Assembly: GCA_016709725.1 (NCBI GenBank)
Contig: JADJMG010000007.1
Location: forward strand, 222,258 to 286,257
Direction of reading: 5' to 3'
DNA: 64,000 nt
DNA from: Bacteroidota bacterium
Lineage (GTDB): Bacteria > Bacteroidota > Bacteroidia > AKYH767-A > OLB10
The notes beneath the pieces are model-generated. The model was given only the letters and a program-made list of their open reading frames with translations, was not told the DNA's origin and searched no databases. Shown here piece by piece: positions 20,429 to 30,606 of this stretch; the stretch's first letter is position 1, and each line of letters begins with the position of its first letter. Made by a program: the position numbers and the translations under genes.

Positions 20429-20990
20429 TTTTAAGCATTAAAATTTTCAAATTCCTTTTACCATTTTGGATATAGCTTTTTACTTGGTTCAATGTAAATC
20501 CGGTGATGGTCGCTACTTCCTGATAACACTTTTGTTCTAAGTAAAAAAGTTGGATGCACTGTTGTTGATGGGGGTCAAGTTGCTTTAAGGCGGCTTCCAT
20601 ATGTTGCAATTTCAACTCCTCTTCCTGCTTTTCTTCTGCACTCGCGGCCCCATGATGCAATCCCACGTCAGTTTCCATAACATAGGAGTCCACTCGACTA
20701 ATTTCTTTCGGCTTGGTTCGTAATTGCATATAGCAGTGGTTCTTTACCACTGTATGCAACCATCCTTTGAAAAATTGGATTTCATGCTTTTTCAAATCCG
20801 TCAGCAGTTTTTCAAAGATCTGACTCACCGCATCTTTACTCGCATCTTCATCTTTCAAATATTTCATGCACACAGCATACACCATATGCGTGTACCGCTT
20901 AAAAAGGATGCCTACACCCTCATTCCCTTTACCTGACTTGTAAAGAGCAATTAATTCTTCGTCGCTATGTTGATGGAGAGATGGATTCAC
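20421..20990 (-). CDS. RNA polymerase ECF-type sigma-70 factor
   Basis: 189 aa. Region 2 (YKRYTHMVYAVCMKYL) and region 4 HTH (QQCIQLFYLEQKCYQEVATITGFTLNQVKSYIQNGKRNLK). Confidence 0.85.
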   Translation of the reverse strand: MNPSLHQHSDEELIALYKSGKGNEGVGILFKRYTHMVYAVCMKYLKDEDASKDAVSQIFEKLLTDLKKHEIQFFKGWLHTVVKNHCYMQLRTKPKEISRVDSYVMETDVGLHHGAASAEEKQEEELKLQHMEAALKQLDPHQQQCIQLFYLEQKCYQEVATITGFTLNQVKSYIQNGKRNLKILMLKNE

Positions 20991-21300
20991 CGATTCGAGG
21001 AATCAAAAGTAATAAAGGCGGATGAGTTATATTAATCTAGAATAAGCTTCGTGCTTCGCTCCAGTTTTTGTGTTAATCTTAAGTCACATAGTTTTGAAGC
21101 ATTTCCATTTGCTAAGATGGATTTAATCTAGGATATATTAAATGCAACTAATTGTAATTAAGGTATTTAATGATTTATAATGAAAGGTTTATTATTATAA
21201 TCTGATTCTGAAATTTTCAATACCTCATCTAATCTAATAAATCATATATTCGTATATTCATTCTTCTAGTTTTAATTCCTCAATTTAATAGCTCTTCTCT

Positions 21301-24300
21301 ATGAAAAAATTTCTACTCCTCTTAACATTATTTTCTTCTTTTTTCACAAATGTCGCAATTTCTCAAATCGATTTAATTCTTACCACTCCCGCAAATGTAG
21401 GTGCGTGTCAGATTAATTCCTATGTAGGACAATATCTAGGAACAGGGGTAGCCCAAGACTTGTCTATTGCTTCCACGATTATCAATAATGACACATTAAC
21501 TTGTGGTATTTCTAATGGAAGCTTGGTGATAGTAGATAGTATCAAAAATCAAAACGGAGCTACTATTACACCGAGTCAAACATTTACAGATTCAACAAAT
21601 GGCAGTTGGTCTGCAACGCTACCTATTGTTTTAATTTCAGACACAGTCTTTATTTATTATCACATCATAATTGATTGTTCGGTTATACCAACAGGTTCAT
21701 CGATTCCATCTCTGCAATTAGTTCAAACGTGGACGGATTCGTCAAACACTTTTGAAATAAATAGTTCAGGAAATACCGACACTTCCAATACCATTAAATA
21801 CCCCTTGCTTGTAAATCTATCTCCCCCAAGTTATACGATGGGATATAAAGATACGATTGAACTTGCCTTTATTTTTGCAAACTCAGGTACAGCAGATGCC
21901 AATATCAATATTTCCTTTACTCCTGATTTGACCCAGTATTGCGGAGCAATAGACAATATTGATTATTATTATAAAGTTGGAATTTTAGGCACACCAACAT
22001 CATTTATTCCAACTGATTCTTTTTCTGTATCTATCCCAATAAATGATTCTTTATTCATTATTCAAAAGGTGGTGAGTATTTCCTGTTTCGGAGGATTATG
22101 CGAACCAAACGCAGAGTTTAAGTGGCGTTGTCAACTAGACTCTATCTATGAATCTTCGTTTTGTGATTCTTGTTATGGCTCTAAGGAATTAAATTATTCC
22201 ATACAAAACGCTATTTCTCCTGTGCTTCATATTGACAGGCTTTTGCCTGTTTCTGATTACGAAGCCAATTTTGATACTTCTTGTGTGAATCAAGATACGT
22301 CACTGCTTCGAGAGTGGAAGTTTAAAATTTATGTTACAGGTGATGGATTACTAGATTCCGCTTTTGTTCATTTTCACAATAGTAACCCTACCGGTTTTAA
22401 TACACTAAGTCTCATTCCTTTTTCCTCCATTGAGATCGATACTTTTTTTAATTCAGGTGGATGTCATTTAGATACAGCATATTTTATTAACCCAAATGCT
22501 TTATGTAGTACAGCCATCACCGATCCGCTTGGTTTTCTAAATCTCACACCACACAATTTTGGAAAAAACGATTCCATTATTCTTAGTTTTAAAACATATC
22601 GTTGCGTAGAAGAAGTAGATACTTTATTTAATCTTCCAAAATATTTTAACACTTGGAAATTTGAAGGTTCTTTTTCCAGAAGTATTTGCCATGATAATAT
22701 TATTCCTACTTATAATCCTTCGTATGCAAAATATAATATTACCGACCACGTAGGAGCAAATGTTTTTCAGAATTTATATTTCGCTCCAACCATTACCGAC
22801 TTATCTGCTTCCAATGAAAAGGCTACACCCATTGATTCACTCTGGGGAGATTCAGCCCATTTTGAAATTGAACTAAAAGGTTACTTGTGGGAAACAATGG
22901 ACAATCAATTGTTCGGTTGTTATAAAGATTCTCTGAATGGTTGTATCCCCGAAGGGTATTTGCGTATTACCATAGACACAGAAACAGGACTTGCGCCTTC
23001 AATGTTGGATTCGATGGTGCAATTACGTTATCTTGATAGCTTAGGAAGCGAAGTGTTAATTTCTCCTGAGTATTATTACACCAACATTCCTGATGACTCT
23101 TGCAAAAAAGGCATAACGAATTTGTATTACAAACTCTCTTCACCTGGTGTTATTACAGCACTAAAAACTGGATTTTTTGATTTTACACTTAAATCCTGTT
23201 GCGGTGGACAAAATGGAGGTGTTCCTTATGCCGTTAAATTTTATTTCTTATTAGACCCGAGCGGAGATTGTTTAAATTTAACGTACCCGGTTTCGGAACA
23301 TGACACAATTCCCGTTTGTGATGGTGGAGATGGTTGTGCATGGCTTCCTCTTTCGAGTGTAGAAGATGATATAGTAGTACATTGCCCAGGCTGTGTTACC
23401 CCAGGCATTGTGGTGAGTAATTATTCTATTTACCGAAGCTCATTTGGATTACAAGATTCCGATAATGACGGAAAAGCGGACGACAGTTTAACTCAAATCG
23501 AAAAAGGCACAACTTGGTTCAATCAAAATAGATCAAAGCTAAAAACATCATATGCAGGAGTTGGGGATAAACTTGAAGATCGATTATCGGCTTATTTTGG
23601 AGCAGGAGACCCATTCGCAGACGGATATAATTATCCAATGATGGTTAGCCAAAATGCAGATCTCAACTATTTGCAACTCTCAAGAAAAATCCCACTTGGA
23701 AATTCCCTGATGGATATTACTGTTGATACCATCGTAATTTACATTGATACGCCTGACAACACCCAAACCGAACTTTGTATTGAATGCGTGGAGTATGGAA
23801 TCAGTCCTACCCAATTTTCAACTCAAAGGAAGCTCATCATTTCGGGTGCTTCCGTCAATAATTATTTATATACCGTAGGTGACTATTATCTTTTTACGTT
23901 CTCGTCTTGGGACTCGGCAGGCAGTTGGATCGGTAACTTACATAACTCAACATTTACCACCGATTCGAGTATAAACCACCCTTTACATGGTTTTTTTGAA
24001 AATCAACGCTATCGGATAAGGATAAACTACAGCATTTGTGGTAACTTTATGATGGCAAACAATGACATTAAAACTGAGGTAGAAGACGTGAGAAAGGAAT
24101 CCGAAATAAAAAATACAATGTGGCTTTCGGGTAGTCCAAAGCCTGCGAACCCTTTTGACTCTTCCTTTTTTGCACAACCTGCCAGTGATACCTTACTGCA
24201 TCTAGAAGGTTGGTCTTTTCCGCCTGATACTATTGGATCGGAAGTAGATTCTCTTTTTGCCGACGAGTATTTATTTATCTGTGAAGATTTTGGAGGCAAA

Positions 24301-27300
24301 CTTTATTTCTTTTCGCACGATGGACGAAATAATTCATCTGTAGGAGATCAACAACTTGATTGTATTAAGTCTATTCATATTTCATCGGAGTCCAGAGTGG
24401 GAGGTGGTTTATTAAAAGTGTATCCGTACGAATACCGACCTGCTACATTTCAAGCCAGTGAATACAGGGTTATTGTTCCACCCAATTATTACATTAGTTC
24501 TTCTTATGTAAGTAATACGATTAACCTCAACGATTCAATGACGAGCGATATTATTTATTTTTCGGTTATTGATACTACGGGAACAGTTAGTATATATGAC
24601 TCTTTATTTTCATGTATGCCCTGCCTTACCGATTCATCCATTACCGACACCAACCTTCTTTATTTTGGAAGCAGTTATACAAGCCGTGCAATCTATTTAG
24701 AACTTAAGCCTTTCAACTGCATTGATAGTCTTTTGATTAAAGAAACGGATTCCATTGTTAAAATTATTTTCACTACCAACCGCAATACTTGTATTGATAT
24801 CAGCAGTTGTGCTCAAGCCTTAAGCGATACAGTATGGACTCTTCCTTATGAAGATGTAAATTTTACAATCAATCCAAACGATACCATTTCTTATATTAAA
24901 AATGTAACAGGTCTTGAAAATAAAATTTGTTTTCCTTTTTCGCTCTCTAATCCTTCTATAACAGGAAGCACTTATGCTCCTAATTATTTTCTGTATATGC
25001 CTTCTTTAAACGATGTTCCCTTTCTTTCAGGATGGACATTGCTCAATACAACGACAGGAATTCTCGTGCCAATGGTGGATTCTGTGTTTCAAATAGACAG
25101 TGTGCTAGAGGCAAATGAACCTTCTGGAAATTACGAGCTTTGTGCAAATTTCATTTCTTGTCCCAATAATGATTCTAATGAACTCAAACTTCAATTTGGT
25201 TGGCACTGTGATGGGTATCCATCTAAATCAGATAGTGATACTGTATGTGGTTCAACTTTTATAACTTTAAATATTATAACAGACTCGACAAGAGTAAATG
25301 AATTGGGAAAGATTTTAGTTCCCCGTGATATCATTACTTATTCATTGTGCGCTCCCTTCACTTATAAAAAATGTTTTAAGTCCGTTGATCGGGGAGCGGT
25401 TTCTCCAATTTCCTTTTTGATAGAAACGCCTGATGCTTGGCTCAATTTTGTTTCTTTTTATGTGAGTCGTGACTCTTGCCCCAATAATTCTATTCCCGTT
25501 TTATTACAACCAGATTCAATAGGATCTAATACTTTTTCCATTCCTGATTCTGCGCTTACTTTACTTGGCTATCAAGATTCACTTTTACATTTTCAAGATT
25601 GTTTATGTGGCGCGATTACTTTCCAATCGGAATGCGATACTGCAGGAGGCTACCTACCCAATATCCAACTTAGCGGAGAGAGTTATTGTGGCGATACAAT
25701 TAGCATTCAAGTACTTACTTTATATGAAGCGGTTTGGGATAGTACAAGTGCATGCCATGACTGTTTTACACTAAAGAAAACCGCAAGCTCATCTACTATT
25801 TCGGAATATGACACTATGAGTTTTAATATTATTATTTGTTCAACAAATACAGGTCAAGATACAGTTACCCTAACTGAAACTTTGCCCGCAAATTTCGTCT
25901 TAACGAGTGCAATTCCTTCTTTTGTAATTATGGATTCTATAAGTTGTGATACTATTGTTGTAGAAGGTTACTTTACTCAACCAGGAATTTGTTTAACTAA
26001 TACGAATATTGTCCAAATAAATTATTCTAACTTCGATAGTTTAAATCAAAATACATTTATAGAAGATAGTTTATTGGCATCAGCATGCATTGATGTAAGT
26101 ATCGCTTGCGTTGATCCTAACACAATTTCCATAAAAGATGGCAGTTACTCCCATAATTATTCTTCTACTTATAGCAATACTTCTTTTTATATCAAAGGAC
26201 TGTTTACTATTGATTCGAATTTAACTCTAAATAATTGTACTGTATTTATGGCCGCTGGGGCCCAAATTATTATTGTAAGCAATGTAATGTTTAGTTTGGA
26301 TAGCAATACAAATATAATAGGATGCGACACCATGTGGCAAGGCATACTCATGGAGCCTGGAGCTGGAATAGAAGTCTTCAATGGAAGTAAAATTAATGAT
26401 GCAAATAGAGCCATTCAAATTGATGATGAATGTGAATTGTATTTAACCAATGCACAATTTTACGATAACATTGTAGGCGTATATTCGGAATCGAGAAATG
26501 GTGATTCATATAGATTTCAAGCCTTCTCTGTTACAGGAACAACTTTTGATTTTAATGGTAGCTTACGCCCAGATTACGTGGGACAGCCCATTCATGGTTC
26601 AATTCCAAATGCAGGCATCAATTTAACAGATGTTTCTATAGAAGGTATTGAAATTGGAAAATATGGTGCGGGTATGAATAGTTTTCAAAATATGAATTTT
26701 GGAGTGAAGGGTTTAAGATGTGATATCAATATTTTGAATAGTCAATTTTCCAATATTGTTGCTCCCGATGATAGCATTTATAAAATAGTAGGGACAGCTA
26801 TTTACATGGAAGGAGACTTACAACAAAGTATTCCTAGTAATTTACGAGTATTGCCTGTTGGAAGTGGAGTAAATACAATTTCAAATTGCGAACGAGGAGT
26901 CTTTGCATCCTATAGCGATATGGTGGTTTCAAATTGTAAAATTATGGATGTGAATACTGGTGTGGAATGTACGCAAAATCATTATTTAAGGAGTGCTTTA
27001 GTTACCGAGTGCACAATCAACGCGAGAAAATATGGGATTTCATACTATGGCAATACAGGTGCAAAAAATGTGATTGCGACTTTTAATTCGATTTCCATTA
27101 ACGGTTCCGATATAGGCATTGGAATTTCAGTTATTGAACCAAGTATCGGTCTTAATACTATTTATGACTTTTCATACAATTATCCAATTACAATGACAAA
27201 TGCTCATGCGGGAATTTATCTAAGTAAGATTTATAAACCGAAAGTTTCATGCAATAAAATTACATTGAAACAAGGATTTGGAAATGCTAAATTAAATGCA

Positions 27301-28785
27301 GGGATAATAGTGAACGACTGTCTTGGCGCCCAATTAAATAATAATATTGCAAAGGGCTATTCAGAATTCTATACAAAAAATATTGGCGTATTATGCAATG
27401 CAAGTACAAATACAAGTTTATACTGTAATTTAGTGGACAGTAGCGGATATGGTTTTTACTTTGGCGGAATTTGTCCTGGTACACAACTCAAAGGTAATTC
27501 CATGATACATCATTATCAAGGATTGCACTTAAATAGCGCAGCGGTTATTGGCTTGCAAACTCATAACGGAAACAAATGGTATAATCCTGATACTTCAAAG
27601 TATGATGCTGTGAATTTTAATTGGAAACAACAATCACAACTTTTGTTTTCACTTCTTACTATCAATCCAAGTCTTCCACAAATTTATCAACCCAAAATTC
27701 CGTTAGATAGTACAATATTCCCTTTTGTGTACAATTCAGATTGGATGAAACTAGATTCTGGTTTTACTTATAATTGCCCCAATGTTAATACTTGCATTGC
27801 CATTGCCACTAGCTTTGAACCAAATGATGTTTGGCTATTACAAATGATTGCTTTGGATAGTGCATTGACTGTTGACTATATTGAAGAATCTCAAGCGATA
27901 GCACAAAATTATTTGTACGATCGACTAATGATTGATTCAACACTTCGTTATAGTAATATCTCCTTCCAAACTTTTTTAGCAAATCAAACTTCGCTAGGGA
28001 ATTTATACCAAGCAAATTTGAGACTCAGTCATTGTAGAACTAGTGATGATTCTTCGGCAGTATTGCTTTTAACGCTTGATAGTATGATCAGCATCTATAA
28101 AGATTCACTGAGCTATTATCTTGATCAGGACATCCTATTAGCTGGGGTTTTAGAAAATATTAATATTCAATTGAATTTTTTAAAAGCGGAATATGTTTCT
28201 TTGATTCAAGCAATGCGAAACAGAGAAAATGAAATCTTACTTGAAGCAGGTTTTTATAACAGTCAAGTATATTCAACTGAGCTCCCATTTCTAAATCAAA
28301 CTTTTATTAATAATATGGATATACTTTACCAAAATTATGGTTTAGATAGTATTGTTCAACACAAAGAGAGTATACTATTCATCGCACATCAATGTCCTTA
28401 TCAAGGCGGGAATGCTGTTTATTCAGCCAGATTCTACTCTTTTCTTTTTAATGACAGTATTGAATATGATGATATGGATATCTGTTTACAGCAAGGTATT
28501 TATAGAATTGGTCACGATGAATCAATTATTGAAAAGACCATTAATCTTGAATTACATCCTAATCCAGCAAATGAATATGTTGAAATTAAAGTAGTAGGGT
28601 TGAAGCCATCTAAAATAAACATAAGTATATATGATTTAGAAGGTAGAATATTAAGTACCTATTCAAATGTAAATTCAGAAGGATTTAAATTGGATGTTTC
28701 TCATTTTAAAAATGGAATATATTTAGTTTGCGTTGACGGAAATGAAAAAGTTCAATTTAAAGGAAAATTAGCTGTTGTTCGGTAA
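21301..28785 (+). CDS. Giant (2494 aa) cysteine-rich secreted protein with right-handed parallel beta-helix repeats and a T9SS C-terminal sorting domain
   Basis: Signal peptide MKKFLLLLTLFSSFFTNVAISQ. A ~400-aa region of PbH1-like repeats (NNCTVFMAAGAQIII..., NCKIMDVNTGVEC...). C-terminal Por CTD (LELHPNPANEYVEIKV...). It is transcribed divergently from the ECF sigma operon. Confidence 0.75.
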   Translation: MKKFLLLLTLFSSFFTNVAISQIDLILTTPANVGACQINSYVGQYLGTGVAQDLSIASTIINNDTLTCGISNGSLVIVDSIKNQNGATITPSQTFTDSTNGSWSATLPIVLISDTVFIYYHIIIDCSVIPTGSSIPSLQLVQTWTDSSNTFEINSSGNTDTSNTIKYPLLVNLSPPSYTMGYKDTIELAFIFANSGTADANINISFTPDLTQYCGAIDNIDYYYKVGILGTPTSFIPTDSFSVSIPINDSLFIIQKVVSISCFGGLCEPNAEFKWRCQLDSIYESSFCDSCYGSKELNYSIQNAISPVLHIDRLLPVSDYEANFDTSCVNQDTSLLREWKFKIYVTGDGLLDSAFVHFHNSNPTGFNTLSLIPFSSIEIDTFFNSGGCHLDTAYFINPNALCSTAITDPLGFLNLTPHNFGKNDSIILSFKTYRCVEEVDTLFNLPKYFNTWKFEGSFSRSICHDNIIPTYNPSYAKYNITDHVGANVFQNLYFAPTITDLSASNEKATPIDSLWGDSAHFEIELKGYLWETMDNQLFGCYKDSLNGCIPEGYLRITIDTETGLAPSMLDSMVQLRYLDSLGSEVLISPEYYYTNIPDDSCKKGITNLYYKLSSPGVITALKTGFFDFTLKSCCGGQNGGVPYAVKFYFLLDPSGDCLNLTYPVSEHDTIPVCDGGDGCAWLPLSSVEDDIVVHCPGCVTPGIVVSNYSIYRSSFGLQDSDNDGKADDSLTQIEKGTTWFNQNRSKLKTSYAGVGDKLEDRLSAYFGAGDPFADGYNYPMMVSQNADLNYLQLSRKIPLGNSLMDITVDTIVIYIDTPDNTQTELCIECVEYGISPTQFSTQRKLIISGASVNNYLYTVGDYYLFTFSSWDSAGSWIGNLHNSTFTTDSSINHPLHGFFENQRYRIRINYSICGNFMMANNDIKTEVEDVRKESEIKNTMWLSGSPKPANPFDSSFFAQPASDTLLHLEGWSFPPDTIGSEVDSLFADEYLFICEDFGGKLYFFSHDGRNNSSVGDQQLDCIKSIHISSESRVGGGLLKVYPYEYRPATFQASEYRVIVPPNYYISSSYVSNTINLNDSMTSDIIYFSVIDTTGTVSIYDSLFSCMPCLTDSSITDTNLLYFGSSYTSRAIYLELKPFNCIDSLLIKETDSIVKIIFTTNRNTCIDISSCAQALSDTVWTLPYEDVNFTINPNDTISYIKNVTGLENKICFPFSLSNPSITGSTYAPNYFLYMPSLNDVPFLSGWTLLNTTTGILVPMVDSVFQIDSVLEANEPSGNYELCANFISCPNNDSNELKLQFGWHCDGYPSKSDSDTVCGSTFITLNIITDSTRVNELGKILVPRDIITYSLCAPFTYKKCFKSVDRGAVSPISFLIETPDAWLNFVSFYVSRDSCPNNSIPVLLQPDSIGSNTFSIPDSALTLLGYQDSLLHFQDCLCGAITFQSECDTAGGYLPNIQLSGESYCGDTISIQVLTLYEAVWDSTSACHDCFTLKKTASSSTISEYDTMSFNIIICSTNTGQDTVTLTETLPANFVLTSAIPSFVIMDSISCDTIVVEGYFTQPGICLTNTNIVQINYSNFDSLNQNTFIEDSLLASACIDVSIACVDPNTISIKDGSYSHNYSSTYSNTSFYIKGLFTIDSNLTLNNCTVFMAAGAQIIIVSNVMFSLDSNTNIIGCDTMWQGILMEPGAGIEVFNGSKINDANRAIQIDDECELYLTNAQFYDNIVGVYSESRNGDSYRFQAFSVTGTTFDFNGSLRPDYVGQPIHGSIPNAGINLTDVSIEGIEIGKYGAGMNSFQNMNFGVKGLRCDINILNSQFSNIVAPDDSIYKIVGTAIYMEGDLQQSIPSNLRVLPVGSGVNTISNCERGVFASYSDMVVSNCKIMDVNTGVECTQNHYLRSALVTECTINARKYGISYYGNTGAKNVIATFNSISINGSDIGIGISVIEPSIGLNTIYDFSYNYPITMTNAHAGIYLSKIYKPKVSCNKITLKQGFGNAKLNAGIIVNDCLGAQLNNNIAKGYSEFYTKNIGVLCNASTNTSLYCNLVDSSGYGFYFGGICPGTQLKGNSMIHHYQGLHLNSAAVIGLQTHNGNKWYNPDTSKYDAVNFNWKQQSQLLFSLLTINPSLPQIYQPKIPLDSTIFPFVYNSDWMKLDSGFTYNCPNVNTCIAIATSFEPNDVWLLQMIALDSALTVDYIEESQAIAQNYLYDRLMIDSTLRYSNISFQTFLANQTSLGNLYQANLRLSHCRTSDDSSAVLLLTLDSMISIYKDSLSYYLDQDILLAGVLENINIQLNFLKAEYVSLIQAMRNRENEILLEAGFYNSQVYSTELPFLNQTFINNMDILYQNYGLDSIVQHKESILFIAHQCPYQGGNAVYSARFYSFLFNDSIEYDDMDICLQQGIYRIGHDESIIEKTINLELHPNPANEYVEIKVVGLKPSKINISIYDLEGRILSTYSNVNSEGFKLDVSHFKNGIYLVCVDGNEKVQFKGKLAVVR

Positions 28786-28786
28786 T

Positions 28787-28999
28787 ATGAAAAAAGCAAC
28801 AATATTATTTCTTTTTTTAAATTGCGGACTTGCCTTTTCGCAAGGACAAAACAATCAGTGGTTGATTGGTTATGGGAATTGGGCGAATAAAGGACGCATC
28901 ATATATTCGGATACAAGTTATTCGTTTATAGTAGAACAACGCTTAATGAAATTTGAAGGAACAGAGGCGACAATTTCCGATGCACAAGGCAATTTTTAA
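28787..28999 (+). CDS. T9SS cargo protein, N-terminal fragment (signal peptide). Fused to ORF 28999-30282 by a 1-bp T-run frameshift. ORF table start is 28775.
   Basis: MKKATILFLFLNCGLAFSQ signal peptide. Adding one T to the run at 28994-28998 reads ...DAQGNF-LMSSNGVWIANAN..., continuous with the next ORF. Confidence 0.55.
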   Translation: MKKATILFLFLNCGLAFSQGQNNQWLIGYGNWANKGRIIYSDTSYSFIVEQRLMKFEGTEATISDAQGNF

Positions 29000-30282
29000 T
29001 GAGCAGTAATGGAGTATGGATTGCAAATGCCAATAATGATACCATGCAAAATGGAACAGGTTTGAATCCAGGGACATTTGTAAACCAATGGCCGAGTGCT
29101 TTGCCTTTGCCAAATGCAAATGTATTTTTGCCATTTCCTGGGGACACAACAAAATATGTATTAATACACCATTCGGCTGAATTTAATGGTCAATATGAGT
29201 CGACGTATGAATTATTGTACAGTGTAGTTGACATAACTTTTGATAATGGACTGGGTGCAGTTGTTTCAAAAAATAATTTGCTTTTATCTGATACATTAAA
29301 CTTTGGTATTGGAGCTTGTAAACATGCCAATGGTAGAGATTGGTGGATTGTTGTTCAAAAAGATTTAACAGATGAAATACTTGTAATGCTGTTGACTCCT
29401 GACAGTATATTCGACTATGGAAGCCAGCATCTAGGTGTAGTCCCTTCGTGGGGCAATGTGACTCCACTTACCTTTTCGCCAGATGGAACAAAGTTTGGTT
29501 ACATCTCCTATAGCCAAAACAGTATTGATAGTTGTTTTACTTTTATTGCTGATTTTGATCGCTGCACAGGGCTTTTCTCAAATACAAGAGTTTTTAATTT
29601 TTATCCATCGAGTTATTTATGGGGATTTGCATTTTCACCTAACTCCAAATTAGCTTATGCCAATACAACTGGCAGAATTTTTCAATTGAATATTGATAGT
29701 ATGTCAATTGATACGGTTGCCCTCTACGATGGATTTATTTCTGGTGCTCCACCCAATTGTTGTCAAACATCATTTATGTTTGAATACTTAGCTGCGAATG
29801 GTAAAATCTATATAACAAGTGGAAGCTCTGTACAACATATTCATGAGATAAATTATCCGGATAGCGCAGGACTTGCCTGTGATGTACAACAACATGCTAT
29901 AAGTTTAGGAGTATGGAGTTTTAGAGCAGTACCTAATCATCCTAACTACAATTTAGGTCCTGTTGTAGGTAGTTTGTGCGATACGCTAAGTGTGGGTATC
30001 GAAGAACAGCAATATGATTTTCATTTTGGGATTTCTCCAAATCCTACCGAGTCAGGCAATGTGAAAATCGTTTACCTTTTACCACAGAATAAAAGCGGTG
30101 ATTTAAGCGTGTATTCGATCACTGGACAACTCGTATACAAACAACATCTACCTCCGTGGTCTAGTTTACAGCTATTGGATTTATCCGATATATCAGGAGG
30201 TATTTATACCTGTGTACTGTCAAGCGAAACATATAGAACAGCAAAAAAATTAGTAGTAATAGGTGGGAGTGGAGCAAAGTAG
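28999..30282 (+). CDS. T9SS cargo protein, main fragment (hypothetical secreted protein with Por CTD)
   Basis: 427 aa with a C-terminal CTD (ISPNPTESGNVKIVYLLPQN...GIYTCVLSSETYRTAKKLVVI). It has no signal peptide of its own, which is consistent with being the downstream part of the frameshifted gene. Confidence 0.6.
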   Translation: MSSNGVWIANANNDTMQNGTGLNPGTFVNQWPSALPLPNANVFLPFPGDTTKYVLIHHSAEFNGQYESTYELLYSVVDITFDNGLGAVVSKNNLLLSDTLNFGIGACKHANGRDWWIVVQKDLTDEILVMLLTPDSIFDYGSQHLGVVPSWGNVTPLTFSPDGTKFGYISYSQNSIDSCFTFIADFDRCTGLFSNTRVFNFYPSSYLWGFAFSPNSKLAYANTTGRIFQLNIDSMSIDTVALYDGFISGAPPNCCQTSFMFEYLAANGKIYITSGSSVQHIHEINYPDSAGLACDVQQHAISLGVWSFRAVPNHPNYNLGPVVGSLCDTLSVGIEEQQYDFHFGISPNPTESGNVKIVYLLPQNKSGDLSVYSITGQLVYKQHLPPWSSLQLLDLSDISGGIYTCVLSSETYRTAKKLVVIGGSGAK

Positions 30283-30606
30283 TGAATATAAATAAACGTT
30301 GAGGTAATTTAATCCTAAAAGCTGGTAAGGAATAAAAGAAATTTGAGTATCAGAGCAAAATTCCATTTTATTTCCATGTTTAAAAGAGTAATTTTTGGGC
30401 AAATACTCTTTTGGTAGCATGAGTATTTGTGAAGGTAAATAATACCAATTAAGTAATTTCCCAAAAAGTGGTATAAACAAATATTTAATTATTGACCATT
30501 TATTAGAAAAATTAGGTTAAGTAAAAACATATTTTCTGAACAATGCTCATCTTCGCTGAAACAGTTTCTATATTTACAACGTAAAATTTAATAAGAATTA
30601 TACCAT

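Noticed and set aside
30283-30606. Possible sRNA or structured element in the 325-bp gap upstream of phoH
   Set aside because: The only feature is one imperfect inverted repeat (aaagagta...tactcttt). There is no promoter plus terminator pair and no repeat conservation within the window.
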